From Planctomycetota bacterium (GTDB lineage Bacteria; Planctomycetota; Planctomycetia; Pirellulales; UBA1268): a stretch of DNA of 64,000 bases. Where the stretch lies: NCBI GenBank assembly GCA_016872555.1, contig VGZO01000014.1:4834-68833 (forward strand), given 5' to 3'. The number at the start of each line of letters is the position of its first letter. Position 1 is the first letter of the stretch. The notes under the pieces were generated by a model that searched no databases, was not told the origin of the DNA, and saw only the letters and a list, made by a program, of their open reading frames with translations. Shown here one piece after another: positions 1 through 9,398 of this stretch. Position numbers and translations under genes: made by a program.

Positions 1-620
1 ATGCCGTCGGCGAGGCTCTCACGGCAGCCGTAGAGGTTGTCGAACTTGCTCTTGGTGCAGGAGTCGTTGATGTTGATCGCCGGCAGTTTGAGCTCGCCGT
101 TCTCGTGCATCTGGTAGAGGCGGTGAACCCCCGTGGTCGTCTCCTCGGAGAGACCGCGGATCCCGCCGATCAGTTCCGGATACTTGTTGTGAACCATCGC
201 GGTCAGGTCACCGCCGTCGTCGAGGATCATGTTGAGCGGCTCGCCGTTGGGGAAGAACAGCGTCTGCTCGATGCACCAGTCGAACTCCTCATTGGTCATT
301 CCCTTCCAGGCGTAGACCGGGAACCCCGCCTTGGCGATCGCGGCGGCGGCGTGATCCTGGGTGGAAAAGATGTTGCAGCTGCTCCAGGTCACCTCGGCTC
401 CCAGCTCGCGGAGGGTCTCGATGAGCACCGCGGTCTGGATCGTCATGTGAAGGCAACCGGCGATCCGTGCTCCCGCCAGCGGCTTGCTGCGGCCGTACTT
501 CTGCCGCAGCGCGATCAGGCCCGGCATCTCGTTCTCCGCCAGCATGATTTCCTTGCGGCCCCACTCCGCGAGAGCGAGGTCGGCGACTTTGTAGGGAAGG
601 CGGGTTTCGACGTGGGCCAC
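1..620 (-). CDS. ahcY: adenosylhomocysteinase, N-terminal ~206 codons (3' part runs off the window start)
   Basis: Absent from the ORF track because it is truncated. My reverse-strand translation from GTG at 620 reads [43 protein letters not shown]...[16 protein letters not shown]...[42 protein letters not shown], the hallmark AhcY N-terminal region. AGGAG lies 7 nt upstream of the GTG. Confidence 0.93.
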   Translation of the reverse strand, partial: MAHVETRLPYKVADLALAEWGRKEIMLAENEMPGLIALRQKYGRSKPLAGARIAGCLHMTIQTAVLIETLRELGAEVTWSSCNIFSTQDHAAAAIAKAGFPVYAWKGMTNEEFDWCIEQTLFFPNGEPLNMILDDGGDLTAMVHNKYPELIGGIRGLSEETTTGVHRLYQMHENGELKLPAININDSCTKSKFDNLYGCRESLADG

Positions 621-727
621 AGGGAAACTCCTGAAAGGCGGGAGGAAAGGCAGAAGAAAAAGGGGCGGCACCGACAGCAGACCGTGCATCAAGTGACCGG
701 CCGCCGGATGCGGCCGACGGCGACCCG

Positions 728-794
728 GGAAACCGTTGGCGTTTCCCACGGTCGCCTGAGTGGACACAGGCCACGGTGGGCTTTGTCCACGGAC
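728..794. repeat. 67-nt double-hairpin intergenic element, copy 1
   Basis: ggaaaccgttggcgtttcccacggtcgcctgagtggacacaggccacggtgggctttgtccacggac is 61/67 identical to 30078-30144 in the same orientation. It contains GGAAAC-N7-GTTTCC and GTGGACA(C/A)AG-N11-CTTTGTCCAC stems. It lies between the trpF stop (861) and the ahcY start (620). Confidence 0.85.
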
Positions 795-860
795 GAACAA
801 GAGATCTTAGCCGTCCGGCAGTCCCTGCAAAGGGCACCGCGATCCCCTCTGCCGACCGGG

Positions 861-1589
861 TCAGCGCCCGGCGAAGGCCGTCCGGGCGGCGGCGACGAAC
901 CGCTCCATCGCCACGCGGTCCTTCCGGCCTGGCGCCGATTCGACGCCACTGGCGACGTCCACGGCGACCGCGCCGCTATTCCGGATGGCGGTCGCCACGG
1001 TGTCGGGGCGTAGTCCCCCTGCCAAGCCGACCGGCACCGGCAGCCCGCCGGCATCGCGCAGCGCCAGCCAGTCGACAGTCCGCCCCGTGCCGCCGAGCGT
1101 CGCGGCGGTGGCCGGGCCGGCCGGTGCGGCGTCGATCAACATCAGCACCGGCGCGTGGCCCAGTGCGTCGGCCCGCGCCAGCCACTCGCGCGCGGGGTCG
1201 AGGGCATCCGGCCCGGCACCGGGCGCGAAATGGACCGCGCGGATCACCGGCAGCTCGGCCAGTGCCGCGCAGGTCTCGGGAGGATCGGCGAGCGTGGGAT
1301 CGGCCGCCGGCCACCGGCCGTGGAGTTGGACGGCGTCGAGCCCGACGGCGGCGACGCATCGACGGATCTCCGCCGCGGTCGCGCCGACGAACACGCCGAC
1401 GCGCAGCATGTCCGGGGGGACGGCTGCGGCAATGTCGCTGGCGCGCTCGATCGACAGGCAGCGAGGCGACCCGACGACGAAGTTGAGGCCGATCGCGTCG
1501 GCCCCGGCCGCCGCCGCGTCCTTGGCGTCGGCGGCGCGGGTGATGCCGCAGATCTTCACTCGGAATGGTGCGGATCGCTCGCTGCTCAT
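861..1589 (-). CDS. trpF: phosphoribosylanthranilate isomerase
   Basis: The 242-aa ORF shows FRVKICGITRAADAKDAAAAGADAIGLNFVVGSPR...LHG...LAGGLRPDTVATAI...VAVDVASGVESAPGRKD, the typical TrpF TIM-barrel signature. Confidence 0.9.
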   Translation of the reverse strand: MSSERSAPFRVKICGITRAADAKDAAAAGADAIGLNFVVGSPRCLSIERASDIAAAVPPDMLRVGVFVGATAAEIRRCVAAVGLDAVQLHGRWPAADPTLADPPETCAALAELPVIRAVHFAPGAGPDALDPAREWLARADALGHAPVLMLIDAAPAGPATAATLGGTGRTVDWLALRDAGGLPVPVGLAGGLRPDTVATAIRNSGAVAVDVASGVESAPGRKDRVAMERFVAAARTAFAGR

Positions 1590-1778
1590 CGCTCTCGGGG
1601 GTCAGCGTCGCTGCCGGCGGCGTGACCGGCAGAACCGGCAGCATCGCCACCAGCGGCAGTCTACCCCGGCCCCCGGGCCGATCGTTCAGGTCCGCTGCGG
1701 CGGGAGTGCTCCGGCGGCCGACAAAGGATGTGGGGCGGCGAGGTACGCCGCCGTCCCCCCGGGAGACGAACCGAGCCG

Positions 1779-3107
1779 ATGCACCAGCGACGCCACCCTT
1801 CGAGCCGCCCGTTTCTCGCCGCCCCGCGAACGGCGTTTTACCACCCGGCGCGGCAGATCGACGCCGCCCTCACCGGGCTCGAGCGCGGGGTGCGACGGGC
1901 CGAGGGGGTCGGCCTCGTCGTCGGACCTCCAGGCACTGGAAAGTCGTTGCTCCTGCTGGCGCTGGCCGACAACCTCGCCGAAGATTTCGCCGTCGCATTG
2001 TCGTGCGGTGCGCGGATCTGCACGCGGCGCGCCCTCTGGCAGGCGATCCTGTCGGGAATCGGCGAACCGTTTCGTGGGATCGACGAGGGGGAGCTGCGTC
2101 TGGCCGTCGTCGAGCGGGTGCGCGGCCTGGCAGCGACCGGCGCGGGGCTCGTGATCCTCGTCGACGAGGCCCACACGCTGCCGCTCCGGCTGCTCGAAGA
2201 GCTCCGCCTGCTGACGACGATCCCGACGCCGCTCCCTGCCGTGCACCTGGTGCTCGCCGGAACCGTGGCCCTCGAGGAGCGGCTCGCCAATCCGCGGCTG
2301 GAGAGCCTCGCGCAGCGGATCGGCGGTCGGTTCACGCTCGAGGCGCTGGACCATGCCGAGACGTGTGCGTACGTCCGGACGCAGATGAAGGCCGCCACGC
2401 GGCAGTGGGAGACGGTGTTCGCCGCCGGGTGCGACGATGTCGTCTTTCAGGTGACCGATGGTGTGCCCCGGCTGATCAATCAGGTGTGCGACCTGGCGCT
2501 GGTCCGGGTCGCCGACGAGGGACGGGCCCGGGTGCTGCCGGCCGACATCGAATCGGCGTGGGCCGACATCCAGCGTCTGCCCGTTCCCCACGGGCGGCGC
2601 CTGGCGGCGCCGTCGGTCGTCGAGCGACCCGACGACGAGGGGGAGATCGAGTTCGGCGTGCTCGACGGGGCGGTCTCCGCGCCGCTGGTGGAACCGCCGG
2701 TGATGGTGCCGGGCCCCCCGGTCGCCGCACTGCCCGGGGCCGATCCCTGGGCGGGGCCCGACGTCGAGTTCGTCACCGAAATGCATTCCGATCCGTTCGC
2801 TTCCTGTTTCGCCGGGGACGACGCCGAGGTGGAGCGGATCGTCCGCGACGGGCCCCAGGGATTCACCGGTCACGGCTCCGTCGCCAGCGACGAGGGCCGG
2901 CGTCTGGCGACCACCCTCGCCCGGCTCGATCACCAGGAGGCCGGATCCCCCCCGGTGGCGACGGTCACGGCCGACGACGGCGACGAGGCGGACGATGGCG
3001 ACGACGGACTGATGGTGATCGAGGAGGATGTCGTCCCCCAGCCGAGTCCGGTCCGGGCGGGCCGCTACCGCGACCTGTTCGCACGCTTGCGCCGCGGAGG
3101 AGGCTGA
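1779..3107 (+). CDS. ExeA-like AAA ATPase (AAA_22 type) with an acidic disordered C-terminal tail
   Basis: Walker A GLVVGPPGTGKS, Walker B LVILVDEAHTL, then LRLL...LVLAG and RIGGRFTLEALDHAETCAYV, as in GspA/ExeA-type ATPases. I prefer the ATG at 1779 (in frame, 17 codons inside the track ORF). The start is uncertain. Confidence 0.75.
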   Translation: MHQRRHPSSRPFLAAPRTAFYHPARQIDAALTGLERGVRRAEGVGLVVGPPGTGKSLLLLALADNLAEDFAVALSCGARICTRRALWQAILSGIGEPFRGIDEGELRLAVVERVRGLAATGAGLVILVDEAHTLPLRLLEELRLLTTIPTPLPAVHLVLAGTVALEERLANPRLESLAQRIGGRFTLEALDHAETCAYVRTQMKAATRQWETVFAAGCDDVVFQVTDGVPRLINQVCDLALVRVADEGRARVLPADIESAWADIQRLPVPHGRRLAAPSVVERPDDEGEIEFGVLDGAVSAPLVEPPVMVPGPPVAALPGADPWAGPDVEFVTEMHSDPFASCFAGDDAEVERIVRDGPQGFTGHGSVASDEGRRLATTLARLDHQEAGSPPVATVTADDGDEADDGDDGLMVIEEDVVPQPSPVRAGRYRDLFARLRRGGG

Positions 3108-3141
3108 CGGCCGGGCTCGTTCCGGCGACAATCGGCAGGCG

Positions 3142-3927
3142 ATGAGTCAGCCCACCCCGTTGCCCGACCCGCTCCCCGGCGACGACCGGTCTACCCCTGC
3201 CTGGCCTCCGGGGCGCGTCCTCGCCGTCGCCGCCACCTACAACGAATCGGCCAACCTCGCCACGCTCGTCAGGCGCGTCCTCGCGGCCGATCCGGCGATC
3301 CAACTCCTCGTCGTCGACGACGACTCCCCCGACGGCACCGGTCGCAGTGCCCTGTCGCTGGCGGAGACCGAGCCGCGGTTCCACGTTCTCGTCCGCCGCG
3401 GACGGCGTGGACTCGGCGGCGCGATCGTCGAGGGTTTCGGCGAGGCACGGCGGCAGGGGTTCGAGATCGCCGTCAACCTCGACGCCGATCTCAGCCATGA
3501 TCCCGACGACATTCCCCGGCTGCTGGCTGCTCTCGAGCCACCTGGCGGTCGCCCGGCCGACGTGGCGCTCGGGTCGCGCCGCTTGGCGGGGGGCGCGATC
3601 GAGGGCTGGCCGTGGCGCCGCCACCTGACGCATCGGCTCGTCTGCTGGTTCACGCGGTGGGTGATCGGCGTCCCGGCGCGTGACGGCTCGACCGGATTCC
3701 GGGCCGTGCGGCTCGACACCTTCGCGCGCCTCCGCGGCGACTTGCCCACCGGGTACGCGTTTTTCGAGCACCTCCTCTGGGAGATCCACCGCATTGGCGG
3801 CCGGATCGTCGAGGTGCCGATCACGTTCGTCGAGCGCCAGCGCGGCAGCAGCAAGGTTCGCCCGGGCGTGATGGCCGAGGGGGCGCGCGACCTGCTCCGC
3901 ATCGCCTGGGCCCGGTGGCGGTCGTAG
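3142..3927 (+). CDS. GT2 polyprenol-phosphate mannosyl/glycosyl transferase (Dpm1/Ppm1-like)
   Basis: VLAVAATYNESANL...LLVVDDDSPDGTG...NLDADLSHDP...GSRRLAGGAIEGWPWRRHLTHR...DGSTGFRAV...ITFVERQRGSSKV is the classic Dpm1/Ppm1 pattern. The ATG at 3142 is in frame with track ORF 3028..3927. Confidence 0.85.
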   Translation: MSQPTPLPDPLPGDDRSTPAWPPGRVLAVAATYNESANLATLVRRVLAADPAIQLLVVDDDSPDGTGRSALSLAETEPRFHVLVRRGRRGLGGAIVEGFGEARRQGFEIAVNLDADLSHDPDDIPRLLAALEPPGGRPADVALGSRRLAGGAIEGWPWRRHLTHRLVCWFTRWVIGVPARDGSTGFRAVRLDTFARLRGDLPTGYAFFEHLLWEIHRIGGRIVEVPITFVERQRGSSKVRPGVMAEGARDLLRIAWARWRS

Positions 3928-3973
3928 CCGAGCGGGCCCCGGCGGCAGCGCTCCCGGTCGCGTCGCCACCGGC

Positions 3974-6067
3974 TCAACGCGGCGTCGACAGCGGCAGCGA
4001 CGTCGCCCCGGGCAGCGGCGGGGGGCCGAGAGTCGGCGACGGCGGCGCCATCGTCGGCGACACCGGACCCCCCTTGGCGGGGCGCTCCGCCGGCGGCGCG
4101 CCGGCCTCCGGTCTGGCTGCCGGGATGGGCAGGCCGACCGCCGACTGCGTCTTTGCCAGCTCCTCGCGGATTGTCGCCAGGTTCTTCTTGGCTTCCTCGT
4201 AATCGGGTTTGATCGACAGCGCGCGCTGCAGGCTGGCGATCGCGCCCTTGGCGTCGCCGCTGCGGTGGAGCGCGAAGGCATAGTTGTTGTAGAGCGTCGG
4301 ATCGTCGGGCCACTGCTGGAGCATCTTCGCGAACACCTGCTTCGCCTCGTCGACACGCCCCGACTGCATGCAGGTCATGGCGAGGTTGTTCTGGAAAACG
4401 ATGATTTGCGGCTGGATATCGGCCGCCTTGCGGAACTCGGCCAGGGCCTCGTCGATCCGACCCTTCGAGGCGAGGGCATTGCCGTAGTTGTTGTGTGTCT
4501 CGGCGAGATCGGGGCGGAGCCGCTTCGACTCGGAAAAGTGGAAGAACGCCTCGTCGAGCTTGCCCTGGGAATATTTCCGGGCGCCGAGTCGGCTGTTGGC
4601 CTGCCAGCAGCCGCAGTGGGTCAGCCGGCAGGGGACGGCGTGGCGGAGCAGCGTGTAGGTCCACATCGGCTCCTCGTCGGACCAGACGAACGAGTAGCGG
4701 AACGACCCGATCGCCAGGATGCCGACCAGCGCGGCAGCGCCACCCGCCGCCGCCAGCCGCTCACGCGGCTCGAGCTGGTGTGCCCAGGCGGTGGCAGCGG
4801 CCGCGGCGAGCATCAGCGGGCCGATCATCGGAGCGTAGACGAAGTGGTCGGCCACCCAGGTGATCCGCATGTAGGAGATCGTGATGAAGCCGAGGATCGG
4901 CAGCAGCATCAGCACGAAGAACCCGATGGCGAAAAGCACGTGGCGACCCCACGTCTGCCGGTTCACCCAGCACCACGCCGCCAGGCCGGCGAACACCGGC
5001 AGGGGGAGGAAGTGCCAGAGCTTCGGGACGTCGATCTCCCAACGCGGGTAGATCGGCATCAGGCCGTAGGGCAGGAACACCTTGCCGAGGTAGAAGGGCA
5101 CCGCCAGCGACGCCATCGCCAGCCGTGACCAGAACCCGCCGACGAGGATCGTCTCGGCGCCGATGGCGCGGCCGTGCTGGAAGTAGATCGTGATCAGCCC
5201 GTAGACCAGCGAGATGAGGAAGTAGGGAGCTGTCCGGACGAGGTCGGCCAGGCCGATCCAGTTCCGTTTCCACCACACGTAGAGGAGCAGCGTTGGCGGC
5301 AGCATCACGACCGACGTCTTGGCGAACATCGCCATCAGGAAGCAGACGAGCGAAATCGCGTAGTCGACCCACCAGCCAAGCCGCGCGGTGGCGCCGTCGG
5401 CGCCGGTGACACGGTCGTCGGCGCGGACGAAGTGGATTGCCGCCAGGAGCATGAACGGCAGCGAGAGGACGTTCTTCAGCTCCGACACCCAGGTGACCGA
5501 TTCGACGGCGAGCGGATGGACGGCGAACAGCAGCGCGGCGAACCAGCCACCCGGGAGCCGCATCACCGTCATCAACCGCCACAGCATCAGCGCCCCGATG
5601 GCGTGGAGCGCGGTGTTGACGACGTGGTATCCGGCGCTGTCGGGACCGAACAGGTGCCACTGCATCCAGAAGCCGGTCTGGGTCAGCGGCCAGTAGTCGG
5701 TTTCGCCGAAGGCGCACGGCGCCGGCGGTGGCGGGGGGGGGCCGTAGCCGAGCCAGTGCAACCCCTGGGCCGTCATCGCCTCGAACGCGTCGCCGACAGG
5801 GCTGACCCAGATCTTCCTGAACGAGAATGGCCCCTGGGTGATCGGGTTTTGCGTCACCGCCTGGTCGTCGTCCCACAGCCACGTGCCCTTGGTGGCCGGG
5901 GAGTAGCACCAGCCGCACAGCAGGACGACGGCGAGCACCTTGAGCACCGGCATCAGCCAGCGGTCGATCACCGCATCGCCGCTCGGCGCGGCGGAGCGGA
6001 GCGGGCGCGGCGTCCCCGGACGGACATCAGCGGGTGGACCGGGACGGTGACGACTGGGGAAGCTCAT
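3974..6067 (-). CDS. GT-C-fold membrane glycosyltransferase with C-terminal TPR repeats (TMTC / PMT_2-DUF1736-like)
   Basis: Polytopic N-terminal half carrying HVVNTALHAIGALMLWRL and LLFAVHPLAVESVTWVSELKNVL. The C-terminal half has at least 4 TPR units (ETHNNYGNALASKGRIDEALAEFRKAADIQP...). The R/P-rich first 160 codons of the track ORF look non-coding, so I start at the ATG (MSFPS) at 6067. MPVLKV about 38 codons further in is an alternative start. Confidence 0.75.
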   Translation of the reverse strand: MSFPSRHRPGPPADVRPGTPRPLRSAAPSGDAVIDRWLMPVLKVLAVVLLCGWCYSPATKGTWLWDDDQAVTQNPITQGPFSFRKIWVSPVGDAFEAMTAQGLHWLGYGPPPPPPAPCAFGETDYWPLTQTGFWMQWHLFGPDSAGYHVVNTALHAIGALMLWRLMTVMRLPGGWFAALLFAVHPLAVESVTWVSELKNVLSLPFMLLAAIHFVRADDRVTGADGATARLGWWVDYAISLVCFLMAMFAKTSVVMLPPTLLLYVWWKRNWIGLADLVRTAPYFLISLVYGLITIYFQHGRAIGAETILVGGFWSRLAMASLAVPFYLGKVFLPYGLMPIYPRWEIDVPKLWHFLPLPVFAGLAAWCWVNRQTWGRHVLFAIGFFVLMLLPILGFITISYMRITWVADHFVYAPMIGPLMLAAAAATAWAHQLEPRERLAAAGGAAALVGILAIGSFRYSFVWSDEEPMWTYTLLRHAVPCRLTHCGCWQANSRLGARKYSQGKLDEAFFHFSESKRLRPDLAETHNNYGNALASKGRIDEALAEFRKAADIQPQIIVFQNNLAMTCMQSGRVDEAKQVFAKMLQQWPDDPTLYNNYAFALHRSGDAKGAIASLQRALSIKPDYEEAKKNLATIREELAKTQSAVGLPIPAARPEAGAPPAERPAKGGPVSPTMAPPSPTLGPPPLPGATSLPLSTPR

Positions 6068-6210
6068 GGTGGACGCCGGGCGGTGAGGACGACGGGACGG
6101 CAGGCACGACCCGCCCGACCGCTCCGGGATCCTAACGGAGGGGGGACGGCGAATGAAGCGGCACCGGCGGTTTGGGGATCCTGGCGTGGACAGCCGTGGA
6201 TCGCCGGTCG

Positions 6211-7809
6211 CTACGGTGCCGCCCTGCGGCGGGCGAGAAGTCGTTTCAGCTCGTCGGCGTGGGGCCGCTCCATCGCCTTCACCGCGACGCGCCCGTCGGG
6301 GTCGGTAAGTTTGGGATTCACCTCGAGAGCCCGGTCGAGGTGGGCGAACGCCTCGTCGGTCCGCCCCCGTTCGGCGACGATCAGTGCCAAGGTCGCCCAC
6401 ACATCGCCGAAGCCGCCACCGGTCAATTCGACCGCCCGCCGCGCCGCCGCTTCGGCCTCCTGAAGCCGGCCGGCCTCGCGGAGCGCTTCTGAGCTCCCGG
6501 CCGACGCGGTGAACGACAGCGGATTCTTGCGGGCCGTGTCGGTCCACAGCGCGAGCGAATCACGCCAGACCGTCTGTCGGGAGATGCAGGCCGCGCCGAG
6601 GACGACTGCCAGCCCCGCGAGGATCCGCGCGGCGTGGCCGCGCCACCGGGGACGACGCGCCAGCCACGGCGCGTCGAGTGCCACTCCGACGGCGAGGGCG
6701 AGGCCGGCGACGGGGAGATAGAGGTAGCGGTCGGCGGCGGGGCGGTAGATGGGGACGAGGTTGGCGACCGAGAGCAGCGGCACGACGACGAGCGTCGCGG
6801 CGATCGCGAATCGTCGATCGGCGCGGATCGCCACGACACCCGCGATGGCGGCCACGGCGTCGATGACCAGGGCCACGGGCAGGGGGAGGTGGGCGAGCGA
6901 ATGGAGGCCGTAGTCGGCGCAGAGATTCACCGGAAGGACGACGAGTTGTGCGTAGAGGGCGAGGATCCGCGGTTCGATCAGCAGCGCCGCCGCCAGTGAA
7001 CCCCCCGGGTAGCTCGGCCGTGCCTCGAAGATCTTCGACGGGTTCGGCTCGAGGACGAATCGTGCGGCCAGGAACGCCACGACCACCGCTGCCGCCCCAC
7101 CCCCGGCCAGTTTCCAGAACGCGCCGCGGTCGTCGCGCCGCAGGGCGAGCCAGGCGACGGCGATCACTGCCGGTGCGGCGATTCCTGATTCCTTGCTGCC
7201 GATCGCCAGCAGTGCGCAGCCGATGCAGCCGAGCGCCCGCCAGACGTCGGGGAGGCCCGGGGCTGACCGGTGCCCGAGTGCGAGCGACAGGCCGGTCAGC
7301 GTGAACAGGGCGACGAGGATGTCCTCGCGGTAGCTCGGTTCGCAGACCGCCTCGGTGACCAGTGGATGGACGGCGAACAGCAGCGGAGCGACCACGCCCG
7401 CGGCCAGCGGCAGCGCCGGGGCCAGTTGCCGCAGGAGCCGCCAGACGAGGACCACGTCGAGGGCGTGGAGCAGCACGCTGGTGAGGTGGTACCCGAACGG
7501 CTCGCGCCCCCACAGTGTCGCGTCGAGCATCAACGACGCGAGGTTCACCGGGCGATTGAAGTCGAGGACGTCGAGCGCGAGCGTCTGGAACGACAGCACC
7601 GGCACCCAATTGGCCGGATCGAACAGAAACGAGTCGGTCAGGATCTGCATCCGCGAGTCGTAGACCAGCTCGGCCGACAGTGTCGGCCAGAACACCGCCA
7701 CGGTCACCACGGCGAGGCCGAGGGCCTCGAGCCAGGGGCGGCGGGCGGGTGCGGAGGGCGGTGCCGCGCCCTGCCTGACTCGGTTCGGGAGCGCGACGGA
7801 ACGGGGCAC
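6211..7809 (-). CDS. second TMTC-like GT-C membrane glycosyltransferase with a short TPR tail
   Basis: YHLTSVLLHALDVVLVWRLL and LLFAVHPLVTEAVCEPSYREDILVALFTL match the paralog upstream. There are multiple TM segments and a TPR-like C-terminus. No ATG precedes the first TM helix (PWLEALGLAVVTVAVFW), so I propose the GTG at 7809. The start is uncertain. Confidence 0.65.
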   Translation of the reverse strand: MPRSVALPNRVRQGAAPPSAPARRPWLEALGLAVVTVAVFWPTLSAELVYDSRMQILTDSFLFDPANWVPVLSFQTLALDVLDFNRPVNLASLMLDATLWGREPFGYHLTSVLLHALDVVLVWRLLRQLAPALPLAAGVVAPLLFAVHPLVTEAVCEPSYREDILVALFTLTGLSLALGHRSAPGLPDVWRALGCIGCALLAIGSKESGIAAPAVIAVAWLALRRDDRGAFWKLAGGGAAAVVVAFLAARFVLEPNPSKIFEARPSYPGGSLAAALLIEPRILALYAQLVVLPVNLCADYGLHSLAHLPLPVALVIDAVAAIAGVVAIRADRRFAIAATLVVVPLLSVANLVPIYRPAADRYLYLPVAGLALAVGVALDAPWLARRPRWRGHAARILAGLAVVLGAACISRQTVWRDSLALWTDTARKNPLSFTASAGSSEALREAGRLQEAEAAARRAVELTGGGFGDVWATLALIVAERGRTDEAFAHLDRALEVNPKLTDPDGRVAVKAMERPHADELKRLLARRRAAP

Positions 7810-8146
7810 AAGGTCACCGGGAAAGCTGGCGGAAGCGGCGGGAACACCCGAGCCCCAAACTACAGCCGGAGGGCGGGCTCTGCGACGGAGAACCGTGGCG
7901 GCCGGCCACGCCCTCTCGAGGGCCGCCTTGCGGGCAGCGGCGGCCCGAGGCAGGGCGGACCGACGAGCCGTCGGGCCGCAACGCTGTCGCGGTGCCTGCA
8001 GAGCATCCTGCCGCCATGCGGTAAGACACTTCCAGGGAGGGGCTCGGCAAGCTACCTTCGGTCGCACATCGGCCGGGCCGAGGCCTGGCACGATTCGGAA
8101 GGTCCGGTATTCTCCGCTCCGTCGGACCGCCACTCGAAGGCACGGA

Positions 8147-9388
8147 ATGAAGGCCGCCACGATCCGGATGGTCGACGCCTGGTTGGGGATCCCCGCCTGC
8201 GCCGTGCTGACGGCGTGGCGCCGGTTGTTCGGCAGCCGCCGCCCCGCCGGCCCGGTGAAGCGAATCCTGTTCTTCAAGCTTCTCGAGCAGGGGGCGACGG
8301 TCCTCGCCTACCCCTCGCTCCGCGCCGCGATCGACCGCGTCGGGGCGGAGAACGTGTTCTTCATCGTCCTCGCCGAGAACCAGCCGATCCTCGATCTTCT
8401 CGGGATCATCCGTCCCGAGAACGTGATCACGATCCCCAAGGGGGGTGCGGTGGCGACGTTCGTCGCCCTGTGGCGGGCGCTGTGGCGCGTCCGTGGCGAG
8501 CGGATCGACTCGATCGTCGATTTCGAGTTCTTCGCCCGATCGTCGGCGGTGTTCGCCTACCTCGCCGGGGCGCGGCGTCGGGTGGGTTACCACCGCTTCC
8601 AGGGCGGGGGGCCGTGGCGCGGCGACTTGATGACGCACCGGCTCGTCTACTCGCCGCACGTCCACTCGCTGCGGGCGATGCGGGTGATGGTCGAGGCCTT
8701 GTGGATGGATCCCGACCGGCTGCCGACGCTCGACCTCGACCAGTTCGCGTTCGACGAGTCGCTGCCGCTGCTGGCGCCGGCGGCTGCCGACGTCGCCGCG
8801 GTCCGTGAGACGATCGCGCGGGCCACCGGTGGCGTCCAGCCCCCGCGGCTGGTGCTCCTCAACGCCAACACCAGCGACCGTGACCTGGTCCCGCTGCGGC
8901 GCTGGGATCCCGAGCGCTACGCCGCCCTGGCGCGGCGCCTGCTCGCCACGCACGACGACGTGTTCATCGCGTTCACCGGCGCGCCGTCGGAGGCGGCTGA
9001 GGTCGAGCCGTTGGTGCGCGAGCTGGCGCATCCGCGCTGCTTCTCGATGGCCGGCAAGACGACCATGCGGCAGTTGCTCGTGCTCTACTCGTTGGCCGAG
9101 GTGATGGTCACCAACGACAGCGGCCCCGCCCATTTCGCGGCCGTCACCGGGGTCGACGTCGTCACGCTGTTCGGTCCGGAGACGCCCACGCTGTGGGCGC
9201 CCCTCGGCCCGCGCAGCCACGTCATCTGGCTGGCCCTGCCCTGCAGCCCCTGCCTCAGCGCCTACAACAACCGCCTCTCGATCGACTGTCGGGAGAACGT
9301 CTGCATGAAGGGCATCGGCGTCGAGCGCGTGTTCGACACGGTGCGCGGCATCCTCGCGGCACGGGCCCCCGCCCCGGCCGGGAACTGA
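8147..9388 (+). CDS. glycosyltransferase family 9 (heptosyltransferase-like)
   Basis: VKRILFFKLLEQGATVLAYPSL..., PLRRWDPERYAALARRL, FTGAPSEAAEVEPLV, MAGKTTMRQLLVLYSLAEVMVTNDSGPAHFAAVTGVDVVTLFGP is the GT9 RfaF/RfaC pattern. The ATG at 8147 is in frame with the track ORF. Confidence 0.85.
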   Translation: MKAATIRMVDAWLGIPACAVLTAWRRLFGSRRPAGPVKRILFFKLLEQGATVLAYPSLRAAIDRVGAENVFFIVLAENQPILDLLGIIRPENVITIPKGGAVATFVALWRALWRVRGERIDSIVDFEFFARSSAVFAYLAGARRRVGYHRFQGGGPWRGDLMTHRLVYSPHVHSLRAMRVMVEALWMDPDRLPTLDLDQFAFDESLPLLAPAAADVAAVRETIARATGGVQPPRLVLLNANTSDRDLVPLRRWDPERYAALARRLLATHDDVFIAFTGAPSEAAEVEPLVRELAHPRCFSMAGKTTMRQLLVLYSLAEVMVTNDSGPAHFAAVTGVDVVTLFGPETPTLWAPLGPRSHVIWLALPCSPCLSAYNNRLSIDCRENVCMKGIGVERVFDTVRGILAARAPAPAGN

Positions 9389-9398
9389 CGGCAGCACG

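Noticed and set aside
621-727. Possible SAH riboswitch in the ahcY leader.
   Set aside because: I wrote out the minus-strand leader and found a pyrimidine-rich tract and an AGGAG site. I did not find the conserved SAH-riboswitch core that I recall (AGGAGCGC...GGCUC...GCGCUCAC-like pseudoknot elements). An Infernal scan would be decisive.
6068-6547. N-terminal extensions offered by the track ORFs. These are 3974..6547, 6211..8277, 53177..54733, 56669..59122, 57832..60195, 7895..9388, 30035..32686 and 48180..50702.
   Set aside because: The extra codons are R/P/G-rich and have no homology to the family. They precede obvious signal peptides, first TM helices or family N-termini. They often overlap the neighbouring gene. 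Internal in-frame starts fit better.
8086-8101. TGGCAC hexamer upstream of the GT9 gene as a sigma-54 promoter. Other TGGCAC occurrences lie at about 15.3, 27.3, 31.4 and 48.0 kb.
   Set aside because: The required TTGC(A/T) element 5 nt downstream is absent (sequence is TGGCACGATTCGGAAG). The other occurrences lie inside coding regions or have wrong spacing.
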